Assembly (NCBI GenBank): GCA_028534125.1
Contig: CM052817.1
Coordinates: forward strand, 51,834,001 to 51,898,000
Source of the DNA: Lama glama
Lineage: Eukaryota
Length of the DNA stretch: 64,000 nucleotides
Direction of reading: 5' to 3'
The position numbers were made by a program, and so were the translations under genes. This document shows positions 52,110-63,343 of the stretch, one piece after another. The notes beneath the pieces are model-generated. The model was given only the letters and a program-made list of their open reading frames with translations, made no database searches and was not told the DNA's origin. Numbering within the stretch: position 1 is the first letter of the stretch; every line of letters starts with the position of its first letter.

Positions 52110-53885
52110 ACAGGATTCAACAGTTTGGATAAGATGATTCACTGAGAAACACTGCTGGCATCAGGCATATCTGTGTTTTGGCTCCTATTGTCCTGACTGA
52201 TTATCTAGTAATGGCAGTTGACCAGAAAGCAGGGACTTGATATACTGATCCTAAAATTCGTACATAAGAACAAAGGGCCAATAATAGTCAAGACATGTCT
52301 GAGGAGAGGTAAAGGTACATGGACTACAGAGAAAATGAGCGCATGTGAGGGATCACTATGAAATTCATTTCCCCCTCACTGCGCTATGCAAAAGAGTCAG
52401 GCTGTCCAGACTTACATGCGGGTGGAGATCTCCGACCAGCTTGAGAACAGGACTACTGGCAATCTGCACCTGCTCCTCATCTCACCAAGCAACGAACGAA
52501 ACTGAGACAAGGCCACATTTTAGTTACAGCCAGAGAAATCCACCTTCAACAATGCCTGCTTGATGAATTAAAATAAAAATTTGTAAAGGTTCAAATCCGT
52601 GTGTCTGAACCTCTTATTCTAGTAGGAGAAACAATCAGAAAGCCGTCCAAAGTTGATATGGTAAATGAATAAATAGTAAATCAGCAAAAAATTACAGTCA
52701 TACACCAAACAAAGGAAAGCAAAGTCCATGAAGGAATGCAAGTTGACTCTTACGTGCTCATCACCAAAACAAGTCCCAATAAATTTGTTGTGCTCAGTGT
52801 GAAGAAGTTGGTCAGATTCTGGAAGAAAACAGTGAGTATGGTTAGTTCTGTGGAGCAACTGACATCTTCTCTGAATCAGGACGGCAATATTCGTGATGCA
52901 CCAGAGGATCTACGAGAGAACTGAGAGTTCAAAGGAAAACTATAGCAACATCTAACTGGGAAAAAATGGAGAAACACTGTTGGCCAAATTTGGTTATTTG
53001 GCTCAAGAAAATTTGGGCCCAACCTATTAGCCCATAATAGTGAAGATTTGTGAAACTCAGTATGGCCAGGCCATATGATATGATCAAATTTATGAAGCAG
53101 CCAGTTAATACTGAGATTTGGGTGCTAGCATTGAGAGTACCTTCCAACTAGCAGCCCCCTCTGGGCCCATGTGTGAGGAGCCTCTCGTGGGCGTCTGTTT
53201 TGTCTTAGAATACGGGGCTTAAATAACTTCAAGCAACAAGGAGAAAGTGATAAGTAGAATCAAGAGTCGAGGATTTATTAAAAGAAGAACAGGGGAAGAT
53301 GAACTCTAATCTGGTCAAGATGAAAACCAAGGCCGGCTGCTCCGAGCCCTTTGAGAAGAGGACTGCTCAGAAAGGAGAAGTATCATGGCCTGACTGTTGT
53401 GGACTCTTTTCAGGACACTCAACTGCCACCATGAGAGAAGTGTGTTGTGATGTGCTATAAGTGAAACCTCAGTGCCAGCTGCAGTTATGTACACATGTGG
53501 CATCATGCCCAGAGGTGATGTTCTTGGTTAAGTAAGTCTGTACTGCCTTGCCAAAAAGAAAAGTTTGAGTGCTTCAAGAAGAAGAGAAAATTAGGCAGAC
53601 ATGTTTATCATCAAGGCTCTGCTGCCTATTGCTAAAGGCTTTCTTCACTGATGGCATCAGGAAGAGGCCAGCTCACAACTGGTATTTAGCCATTGGAAGA
53701 TCATTTCCAGCAACCTGTTCTGGGTACCGACCACTGGAGAGAAGTACTTGCCCTTTGGGGAAAAGGCTGATTCAGAGAACCAGACTTGGAAGTACATGGA
53801 CATGGGGATAAAGTGGGAAGGTCTTTGTCTGGAAAGGATTGTGGAGCACATGGAAAAGCAGAGAACCCTCAGCCAAAACAAGTAA
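52110..53885 (+). pseudogene. EFL1: Processed pseudogene of EFL1 (elongation factor-like GTPase 1, EFTUD1), internally deleted, with many stops and frameshifts
   Basis: My translations match recalled human EFL1: NSLDKMI...NTAGIRHICVLA (52119-52183); RYMDYRENERM*GITMK...LRYA (52313-52390); EIHLQQC...VSEPLILVGETIRKPSKVDMVNE; EGMQVDS...[96 protein letters not shown]...[15 protein letters not shown] (stop 53883-53885; parent ends IVEHAEKQRTLSKNK). No introns at recalled parental junctions. Start codon reads ACA. UTR remnants possibly extend to about 52046 and 54191. Confidence 0.96.
52234..52309 (+). mobile_element. 76-nt ancient L1 ORF2 fragment inside the EFL1 retrocopy
   Basis: gacttgatatactgatcctaaaattcgtacataagaacaaagggccaataatagtcaagaca resembles L1 LDKLILKFIWKNKGPRIAKT; no poly(A), no TSD. 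Confidence 0.75.
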
Positions 53886-54350
53886 CTGATATCTGCAGTG
53901 CTGACTCATGGGCCAAACCTAGTCTACTCCTGGTAGATACTCCCCTTGAAGCCTTACTGTGGACTCTCGGGGCTCAAGCCAAAAGAGGCTACAGTTGTTC
54001 CCATGGTGCCTGACATCACAACAGTGACTGAACAGGTTGCTTTCACTTCTGACATTTGTGTACATATCACCTCGGACCGAATACTGCTTCCTTAGATATG
54101 GCTGACACGCCAGAAAGAGAAAAAAAAATGTACTTGCTTTTACTTGGAAGAATAAGAACACCATTTTGGATGAGAAATACAGCTATAACAAAAATGTGGT
54201 AGCACTATGCATTCAAAAGAATGAAATTCAAAAGATTGATAACACCACTTGTTAACCAGGATATTGAATGACTAGAATTCTGTACAGAGTACAGCCTTAC
54301 CAGATACACAGAAAGGGAAGAAACAAAACATCTGGCTGTTGGCAGACAGC

Positions 54351-54872
54351 TGTGGTAGGCAGAATTCGAAAACTCCCCGCCTCCTGTAGAAGCCCCTTGA
54401 TTTGAATGTAAGCAGGACCTGTGAGTATGATTCACACCTGTGATTAAGTTATGTTCTAAGGTAAAGAGATTTTGCAGCTGTCATTAAGGTGCCAAGTCAT
54501 TTGCACTTGAGGTAAACAAAGGAGAGATTCACCTGGGTGAGTCTGACTTAATTAGTGAAAACATGTGAAAGAGATACTAGGTCCTTTCTTAAGAGAGAGA
54601 GTCTCTCGTTGGCTTTGAAGACACAAGCTTCTCTGTGATCTACAGCTGCAAGGAATGAACCCTGCCAATGACCACATCAGCTTGGAAAGGAACCCCAAGC
54701 CTCAGATGGGAACCCAGCTCCAGCCAGCACCTCAGTGGTGTCCTGTGAGACTCTGGGCAGTGGACTCAGATGAGTCGGTCCCAGATGGTTGGCCCACTGA
54801 AACTGTGATATGATAAATATGTATTGTTTTAAGGAGCTAAATTTGCAACTTAATATTCAGCACAGAAATACA
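54351..54872 (+). mobile_element. MaLR solo LTR (MLT1E-like)
   Basis: tgtggtaggcagaattc...gcaggacctgtgagtatga...gattttgcagctgtcattaaggt...ctacagctgcaaggaatgaaccctgccaa...cccactgaaactgtgatatgataaatatgtattgttttaag. Confidence 0.9.
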
Positions 54873-54889
54873 ATAACTAAAGGTTGATG

Positions 54890-55015
54890 TGCTCACAATA
54901 ATTTCACAATCACTTTATAGCTTAAGGAATATTATTATTTCCATTTTATTAACAAAGAAATTGAGTCATAGAAAGGTCAGGTCTTATGCCAGTATGTGGT
55001 GGAGATGAACTTGTT
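54890..55015 (-). mobile_element. MIR fragment
   Basis: attattatttccattttattaacaaagaaattgagtcatagaaaggt. Confidence 0.6.
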
Positions 55016-56444
55016 GCTGTGCTGTATTTCTGCTTTTCTACTATACAACCGTTTTTTTCTCATTCTAGATAATTAAAATTTGTTATTTGAAGCTATTAAG
55101 AAGGAAGAAAATAAACACTTTCTTTTCTATGCTGAGAAATAGGAAATCTGGAATTAAAGCCAAATAGTGTGCAGTACCATTAGGATAGAGAAATTTGCAA
55201 GAATGAAGCAGGACAGTTTTCATCTTATTCTCTTACTCTTTCCCTTCATTCTTCTCTAAAAAGTAGTGCATCAATTCTTTAGTATTATTGGCATATACTG
55301 GACCTGCGTTTCCATATATCTGCACATCTTTTCCCAGGATAAATTCTTGGAAACTTGTGAAAGTGAGGTCCTGAAAGAATAGCTAAAGACAAAGTTTGGT
55401 AAGAATCAATAAATAAGGAACTATAATCACATTCATCAATAATGCTGTTACATATTATTTATTTTATAAGAGGTAACAATTCATTAGCTAAAACATTTAT
55501 CATCTTTATAAAAGCAGTGTTCTGTGAAAATATTACATATTCTACTCATATGTGATCAAATGAAATGTCATTTATTGACAAGTGTTAATGGCTTTATTAA
55601 ACTATATTTGTTTCTTTGAAATGAGTCCAGAAGAAAATCAATTTTGTAAACATTATCCAACTTAATGAGTTTAATATGCACCCATACCACACACATAACT
55701 TAGAAAATCAATCAATTGTGAAAATAATTTATTATAGATAAACCTTCCTCATTGAAGACTACCAAGAATGGGAAAATAATAATTTAAAATAAGAGATTTC
55801 CTAAAGAGTTAGAAATAAATTATTTTAACAGTAAAGCTTTCCCTCCAAATTATGTCAAATTACAAAATTTGATCATTATATGTGAAAAATTCAATGGGTT
55901 GAGAATACCTTGGGAAAATTACATGGAAAAAATCCATCATATGATATATTCTCAAGGCTAATAATAGTCAATACATTTAAATGTAGTCACATATTGGGGG
56001 TCACACTAACCCCAATAATTTTTCCAGGCCAAATAATTATAAGATGTTCTCTAAGTGCAAAAGCCTTTGAAAATGCCATGAGCTTGACAGTTATAATTAG
56101 AAATACTCTCTTTGCAGGAATATCTGGATCAAATAGATATTTTAAAAATAGATGAAGAAGACAAAAATATTGTGAAGGGTGTTTTAGTTTTCATAAGCAA
56201 TATCTATAAGAAAGTTGGATGATGTTCAAAGAATGGACCGATTTAATATTATTGTTCCCCTGAAAATTTGTATTAAATTCAAATATGTTTTAAAATGCTG
56301 AAGGAAGATGTTTTGAGTTATATAAGTACTTCCAAATAAATACTTTTTTTTATTTTGGGCTTTATTCTAGCATAAATTTCAGCCTATTCACCTTGCATTT
56401 TAAGGGATGATATAAAATCAACAAAGATTGAAAATGTATTTTCT

Positions 56445-56556
56445 TTTTGGGGGGGGAGGAGAGGGAAGGTAATTGGGTTTATTTATTTATTTTGTTAGTG
56501 GAGGTACTGGGAATTGAACCTAGGACCTCATGCATGCTAGGCACACACTCTACCAC
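56445..56556 (-). mobile_element. tRNA-Ala-derived SINE (camelid Vic-1 type), 5'-truncated, with TSD
   Basis: Reverse complement gtggtagagtgtgtgcctagcatgcatgaggtcctaggttcaattcccagtacctccac...aataaataaataaacccaattacc...cccccccccaaaaa; exact 17-bp TSD ttgaaaatgtattttct at 56428-56444 and 56557-56573. Confidence 0.94.
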
Positions 56557-59429
56557 TTGAAAATGTATTTTCTAATCTTGAATTGGTCTATACCCATTTG
56601 TCCATTTAGTTCTTTAGAGTCAGTTGAGAAGCCTGAGGTTTTCTTTGTTTGTTAAAGATACATAAATCTTACGCACAGTCTACCTGCTATCTGAATAGAA
56701 AGGTTCCCCTATCCCTCACTGAACAACTAAATTTGAGTTCTAGTCTCTGCACAGTATTTCAACTACCAAAGTCTTGAAAAATGATGTAGATCTAATTGCC
56801 ATAATACCTCTCTGAAAGTAACCTAGAGTATTCACATTTTGCATTACCCATAAATATCTGAATTTTTTTCTTTAGTCCCTTCTCCCTCTCAGTGCTTTTC
56901 TGGCTTGGCCCACACATCCCTCTCATCACTGATACGTGTTTTCACATACACTGACTCTGTGTCTATAGTCAAACCCCAATTCCATCCCTCTCCTTAAACT
57001 TTTGTAATTCTAGCAAAAATATTTTCTAATAAGAAACCTTTATGCAGTCAGATATTGGAATCACTTTTAATGAAATATTTATACTTTACTATAAAAGGAA
57101 TATTAAAATAGTTGACTATAGCCCGATTTTTGTTTGACTAGATCACGACAGGGAGAACTTTGTTTATGGATCTCTACACTCAATGGTCTTTTACATCAAA
57201 ATCTAAACTCCAAGCTCTCAGCTTTGTAGAGCTTGGTATTAGTTTTTTTCTTTCATCTATTTAATCCTATTTCTCAACATTAGCCATTGTAATCTCTTTG
57301 TCCCTTTTTGGAACTTGCTTTTGCTACATTCAACATGGATGGTAACCTCTATGCTTCACACTTTACCTCTGGTTTGGAAGGAATTCCTTTTATTCTTTTA
57401 TTTATACAAATTCTACCTGGTATGCTAAGTTCAGCTCAGCTTTTATACAGCCTACAAATTCAAAATGTATTGTTCCAGTCAATTCTACTCTTCAAATATT
57501 TTGAGCTAGTAACTATTGCTACACCACTTAAAAAATCAACTCTTTTCTAATGTTTGTGGCATCATTAGTTTTACATCTCTTAACAAAAATATAGCACTTC
57601 TAAGTTCTAGAAACACATTTCATGCCTCTTTGTTCCTTTCTCAGTAACACAGTACGGTAGCAACTCATGGTAAAATACATACAAGAATCACTCTATTGGT
57701 AAGACTACATATATATTTAACATGAAATACTAAGCAGAATTCCTAGCACATAAGTACTCACTAAATATTAGTTAACAATAGTTAATTAATTCATGTTCTT
57801 GGTTTGGTATTGCTAAAACTACTCAGAAAGTTGCTCATAATTTGGTCACTCTGAAGGCTTAATTTCATACATAAAATTAATCAAGTGGCTTTTTACAAGG
57901 ATGAATATAAACAAAGTAAAGTAATTTTGACTGAGTTAAAGTTACAGAAGGCAAAGTGCTAAAGAAGCCTTCCTTAACAACTGTACACTTATTTATATAA
58001 CAGTACTTGGGTCACCTGATCCTTCAGTCCTTACAGTTATATCATTTTTAACTGGGAACATATGATATAGACAATATTTAAAAAGTTTTAAGATCAAATA
58101 CAGAAGCATTATAAATCCTAAATATGGCCCTTAAAAATGCTAACCAGACTGTCTTCCTTATGATTATATTGTTATTCTGTTTTTAACTCTGAAGAGTCCA
58201 AAAGGGCTTTCAAGCCATGGTGGCTACGGTGGCAGTGGTGGTGGTAATGGGTATGTCTGTATGTTGTGTACACTGAGCCTGTCTCTTCCTACTCATCTGA
58301 CATGAATAAAAACAAACAATGACATATTCATGGATACCTCCTGACACTGGTTTGTTGCCAGTTGAACCTCTATATTATGGATCACAGTATTTGTATAAAG
58401 AGTTACAACCTTGTGAATTTTATCAAGAAAAAAAATGCTATACTTCTCTACAGCTAAAGTGTCTCACCATTCCCAAGCCACTGATAGCAATCTATTGGTC
58501 TCTAATGAATCATATTGTCAAGTCCGCCAAGATGAAGAGAATCTTGTTACTTCTAGGTAGCCCTGGTCTGTTTCCGTAATTTGGATCTGATTTGAATATT
58601 TAACTTCCTTTTGGAAAAATCATTATTAAATTACCGGAAGCCTTTTTTAATTGTGCTAAGGCTAACAAAATAATACTTATTCAAGGAAAGAACTGGATGA
58701 ATGAATGTGATATAAATAATCTGGTCAAAATAACATTGTGGCCCAGTACCAGTACCTTTCAAGCATCTGGCGCTATTTGATGTGTAAGAAACAGTTCACC
58801 AGACAAGCTGGGCCTGTTTTATCTATGAGATTGTTATGTTCTTATGGAACCCTTTTTATGGAAAATAGCATCATTGATTTAATAACAAGAACACTGTTGG
58901 AAGAGATGTAACAATATGCTATTTCCTCTCCAAGGGAACAACAAACATTAGGATTTCCAAGGCAAAATTAATAGAGTCGATGCTTTCCATCTGGTGGAAG
59001 GTCAAGGAACATGGCAATGAGACAATGTTACCAAATAGCTAAATTTTGTGAGATGCATCCAGTTTTAGATGAGATAAGGTTTCTTTAAGCATCTTGCTAC
59101 AGGAGGTGAGGAAAAGCCTAGATTTTGCGATTATTTCAAACTTCCCCTTAAAATCCCTGTAAGCAAATTCTAAGGAACATTTAGAGCAAGATTCTCTTCA
59201 CCACCAAAGTCTTTAAAAATGAGATTTTCCTTATTATATGATATGGGACTGTATTTTTGGTCCCATTTTTTTCCTTATTCACAGAGAGATTCAATGGCAT
59301 TATCTTTTAAATTTACTGTACCTATTTGTCCTTCACAATTTAATATGTGCAAGCTTTAATTATTCCACTAAAATAATTAAAGAATACGTTAAAAGTTAAG
59401 ATTCCCTAACCACACTAACTGATGTCATT

Positions 59430-59600
59430 TAGGGCTGGGATACTTACTTGCTGTGTGATCTTGGACTAGAGAAATATTTCTGTGCTTCAGTGTCTTCACC
59501 CTTACCCCAGATAGTGGGTTTGATGACACATGAATTAGTTCATATATAGAATTTAGCCCAGTGGCTAATGCATGCCTAAAAGTTAAAAGTTACTTTTGGC
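59430..59600 (+). mobile_element. MIR fragment
   Basis: tacttacttgctgtgtgatcttggac...ttctgtgcttcagtgtcttca. Confidence 0.65.
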
Positions 59601-60844
59601 ATTATTATTAAAATTATTTCATTATTAACCTCAGTTGGTGGGGTTAATAATTTTGTTGTCTATTTTCTGGAGATTCAACTCTTCCCTTTCTATGAAAAAG
59701 AAACAGATCAGTTAAAGGATAGAGTTCTTTTGTATCTTAAAATCTTTCTTCTTGGTTACATATATTGAGGATTCAAAGTAGCAGGCTCTTAAATTTAAAA
59801 TGCAAACTCTAGGTAAACAGATGGAATTCAAGATATTCTAAAACCAGAATTTCAAATAATAATGTGAATTAATATCTATTATTTTGATCACAGGTTCTTA
59901 GATACACAATCACGCTAGTGTTACAAATATGCTTTAAACAAACTGTGAGAGACTAAATGTGATTTTTTTTTTAAATGACAGTTTGTAGCATACAAACTAA
60001 ATGTAACTTTAGCGTACTAAACTAGATGTTACTTCCAGCATTCACTTGAGTAAAATACTTAATGCTACAATGAGCCTGCAAAATATATACATAGTTAATC
60101 ATCTGCTATCTGATAACAGTGGAGTTACACTTTGATACATATTTTTTAGCATATCTTTGATGTGATTTTTTAAAATTTTGTTGATAGTAAAGGAAGTCTT
60201 ACATGCTCACCAGTTTCTGACCACATTCCAACAGAAAAGTATTTATCTTCATTAATACAATTACATTAAGAGAAAGCTTACTTCTAGGTGAGATTTTATG
60301 AATTTAATATTTATATTGAAGAAGTAAGTCCCTTAAAAGTCAGTTTCTTTGAAATTCCACACAATCATTACTCTGTTTCCTGCAAAAGGAGAATAATCAC
60401 TATTTCTCATGTGTCTTTTATTTCCCTAGAATTATTTTCTAAACAACTATTAGTTCTTTTGAACCTTTCTTATATGAAGTGTTTCTATGTCCCTCACTAT
60501 CTTGGTTATTATCTGGATGCAATCCTGTCTGTGATTCTACATTTTGAAGATAATCTATAACATATTGTCTATTTAGTGCAGGGCATAGGGTTCTTCCTTA
60601 CCTTAAGCCACTTCAATACTATGAATTGTAGACTCAGGCTGACCTATAAGTCACATAGAATCCCTGGAACTTTTTGTTCATCAGTTGATATGATTGCAAG
60701 ACTTCTCCATTATGTTGTTGAATTTACTTCTTGAAACAATTGCACATGTATACAGTTATTTCTATTAACTTGCATTTCTTCAGTTCTGTTACTTTTTTTC
60801 TCCTGAAAGTATTATTTTTAATTGTGAATTACACTATTTAAAAC

Positions 60845-60955
60845 CTGACATTTATTGAGCACTTACTAACTTACAGACACAGTACTAAGTAGTTACCTCA
60901 TTCAATGCTCACAGCCATCATATACAAAGTATTCTATTACTATTTTCACTCATCA
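60845..60955 (-). mobile_element. MIR 3' fragment
   Basis: acatttattgagcacttacta...cagacacagtactaagt...ctcattcaatgctcacagc. Confidence 0.65.
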
Positions 60956-61109
60956 ATTAAGTGGATCAGATTTTTGTCACCTGAAAATTTGGTAAGCCTG
61001 TCTTAACTCCTCCTGTAATCCACTAATAAAAAATATTTAACAGATAAATAACAATCACAGTATTGCTTAATATTCTACCAAAGATGTCCCTCTTAACTTA
61101 AATACAATT

Positions 61110-62205
61110 AGATTCAGGTTTACCTGCTTTCTTGATATCGCTACCTGGATGTGTCATGGATCCTCAGACTTAAATGCCCAAGAATTTACTGGTCAACATC
61201 ACTTCTTCTCAATTTACCCCTAGTTTCTCAAGCCATGAAACTTGGAATCAAATCCTGCCTTTCTACTGCCTACATGAATTCTTATTCTGTCCCTTCTTGC
61301 TATCACCATTGCTGCTGTTCTAATCCAAGTAAATAATTCCCATATTGTCTCTTCCCATCAGCCAAATCCATACTCAGGACTGCAGCCAGAATGATCTTTT
61401 AAAGAGAAAAAAACCCTGAATATCACTTCCTTTCTTTATATCTTTCAGTGCTTTTAGAATTGAATTCATTTTTAAAAACTATATGCAGATGACATGACAC
61501 CATATGTAGAAAACCCTAAAGGCTCCACACAAAAACTAGAGCTGAGAAAAGAATTCAGCAAGGTAGCAGGATACAAGATTAACATATAGAAATGAATTCA
61601 TTTTTAAGAAAGCCTTTAAGACCCTTCATAATGCCTCTCTTTGCTCTTGTGCTCTGTACACAGACTTATTTACATTCTACAAAAAATGTCCTCACTTGTC
61701 TTCAGTATTTCAACTATAACATTTCCCTTCTCCTACTCCCTCTCCTCATTTTCCTTCTCTTCCTCCTTCTATGACAGGCACAGAGCATGAAATGATCAAT
61801 AAAACGTACACTGCCCTCGTGGAACTTACATTTTAATTTGAGAAGATAGAAAAAAGGCAAATATATGAGCAAAAATGTTTTACCAAATTTGCTTCTTCTT
61901 CTACCTTTTCTGACTAAAGTAAACTGATATTCTATGTGAGCTTAAACATCACTTCCTCCTGGAAGCTTGCCCTGACCCTGCAGGTTGTTACTATCTTGTC
62001 TTATGTGGGAACAATACCCCTCATATTCACTTTTAGCACATCATATTTGTCATGATTTGTTTAAGGTATGCTATCCCTAATAGTCTGGAGACTCCACAAA
62101 GGCACAGTCTATAACTAACTGTCCACTAATGTATCCTCAGCCCACGGTATGGTTCTTGGAAAAGAGAAAGTACTTGATAGCTACTTACTACATGCTGACT
62201 GATTA
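61110..62205 (+). mobile_element. L2 LINE 3' region with nested insertions
   Basis: cttgatatcgctacctggatgtgtca; actgcagccagaatgatcttttaaa; gcttaaacatcacttcctcctggaagcttgccctgaccc; tgtatcctcagcccac. Confidence 0.75.
61476..61592 (+). mobile_element. Tailless internal L1 ORF2 RT fragment (YADD motif) flanked by a 15-bp direct repeat
   Basis: cta tat gca gat gac atg aca cca tat gta gaa aac cct aaa encodes LYADDMTPYVENPK, then gaattcagcaaggtagcaggatacaagattaac (EFSKVAGYKIN); tgaattcatttttaa at 61461-61475 and 61593-61607. Confidence 0.92.
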
Positions 62206-62329
62206 ACTACAAATTGAAGACAAAACCACATACTTTGCACTTTAACCAGATGATTCTACCTTTTTGTGCAGATTAACTCTGGATGGGAAAAGGATGGGGG
62301 GAAGAGTGTTTCACCTCATTAGATAAAAA

Positions 62330-63330
62330 TACGTATTCGAGTCTCTGTAATCAGAACAATGTGACACTTCTGCCAAGATAAATGACCAGTGAATGAGATG
62401 AATGGAACTAAACATACCTAGTACGACTTAATATACATCACATTTTAGTTATAAGGTTTGTTAAAATTTCACATCAAAGAAGAAAGAGTGGATTATTAAA
62501 AACCAATGTTGGAACAACTTCCTTTTTGAGGAAAGATTTTAAATGTCTATTTGTAGTATCAAAATAAATCCGTTTTCAAATAAAAGAATACATTTCAGGT
62601 AGAATACAATTTTAACTGTGAAAAAATTAAACGATTAAGATACCAGGAAAAAAATGTTTGGAGATAATCAAATAATCTTGGAGATAGGAAAGCTCTTTCT
62701 AAGAAGGGTCATGGTGTTGTTTGACTTCAGGAAACCGGTTACCATTAAGTAATTGGTGTCATCTTCCCCAAATACTTTGTGAATGGTGTTTTTTGGAAGG
62801 CAGCTCTGCAGTCTTTATTCTAAGGTATCAGAGAAACCAGAGACAAATCATGACTATCTTTTATTGTAATAACTTTTTATAATTGAGATTGCAGAACTTT
62901 AAGTAAGCTTTCTTGAAATGCTACTCATGAATTGGGAACATTATTTGATTTATATATTATACCCTTAAAATATTCAAATTATATAAAGAGCTCTTAAATA
63001 TCAATGCAAACACACATATGTAATATCTATTTATCTATCTATATATCTATCTCACTTTGAAAAAAGGGTCAAATATTTTATTAAACATTTCACTAGAAAA
63101 TAAACACATAGCCAATTAAGACATAGTTCTATACTGTGAAGTAAAATGAGATATTTGTTGTTTATTACATTGTAAAATGTTTGTTTCAAAAATTCTAATA
63201 TATCAGTAACGAAATATGAATGAATAATTGCAAATCTCTACAACAATGAATGTACGGATTTCCTTTTTTCACATTTTGTGAAAGAGTAAAAATTGCAAAA
63301 CAAATTAGATGTTCAATAATAAGATTCAAA
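62330..63330 (+). mobile_element. Ancient L1M ORF2 remnants
   Basis: gtaatcagaacaatgtgacac...ggattattaaaaaccaatgttggaacaac...ataatcttggagataggaaagctctttctaag...atataaagagctctta. Confidence 0.6.
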
Positions 63331-63343
63331 TAATAATACAATC

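Noticed and set aside
58454..58556. Exon-shaped segment with gccaagATG MKRILLLLG
   Set aside because: Weak donor (gtagcc), no matching downstream exon, no recognised protein.
58860..58926. Imperfect inverted repeat ggaaaatagcatcattg ... caatatgctatttcc
   Set aside because: About 15 bp, AT-rich and bulged; plausible by chance in 64 kb and too short for a pre-miRNA stem.
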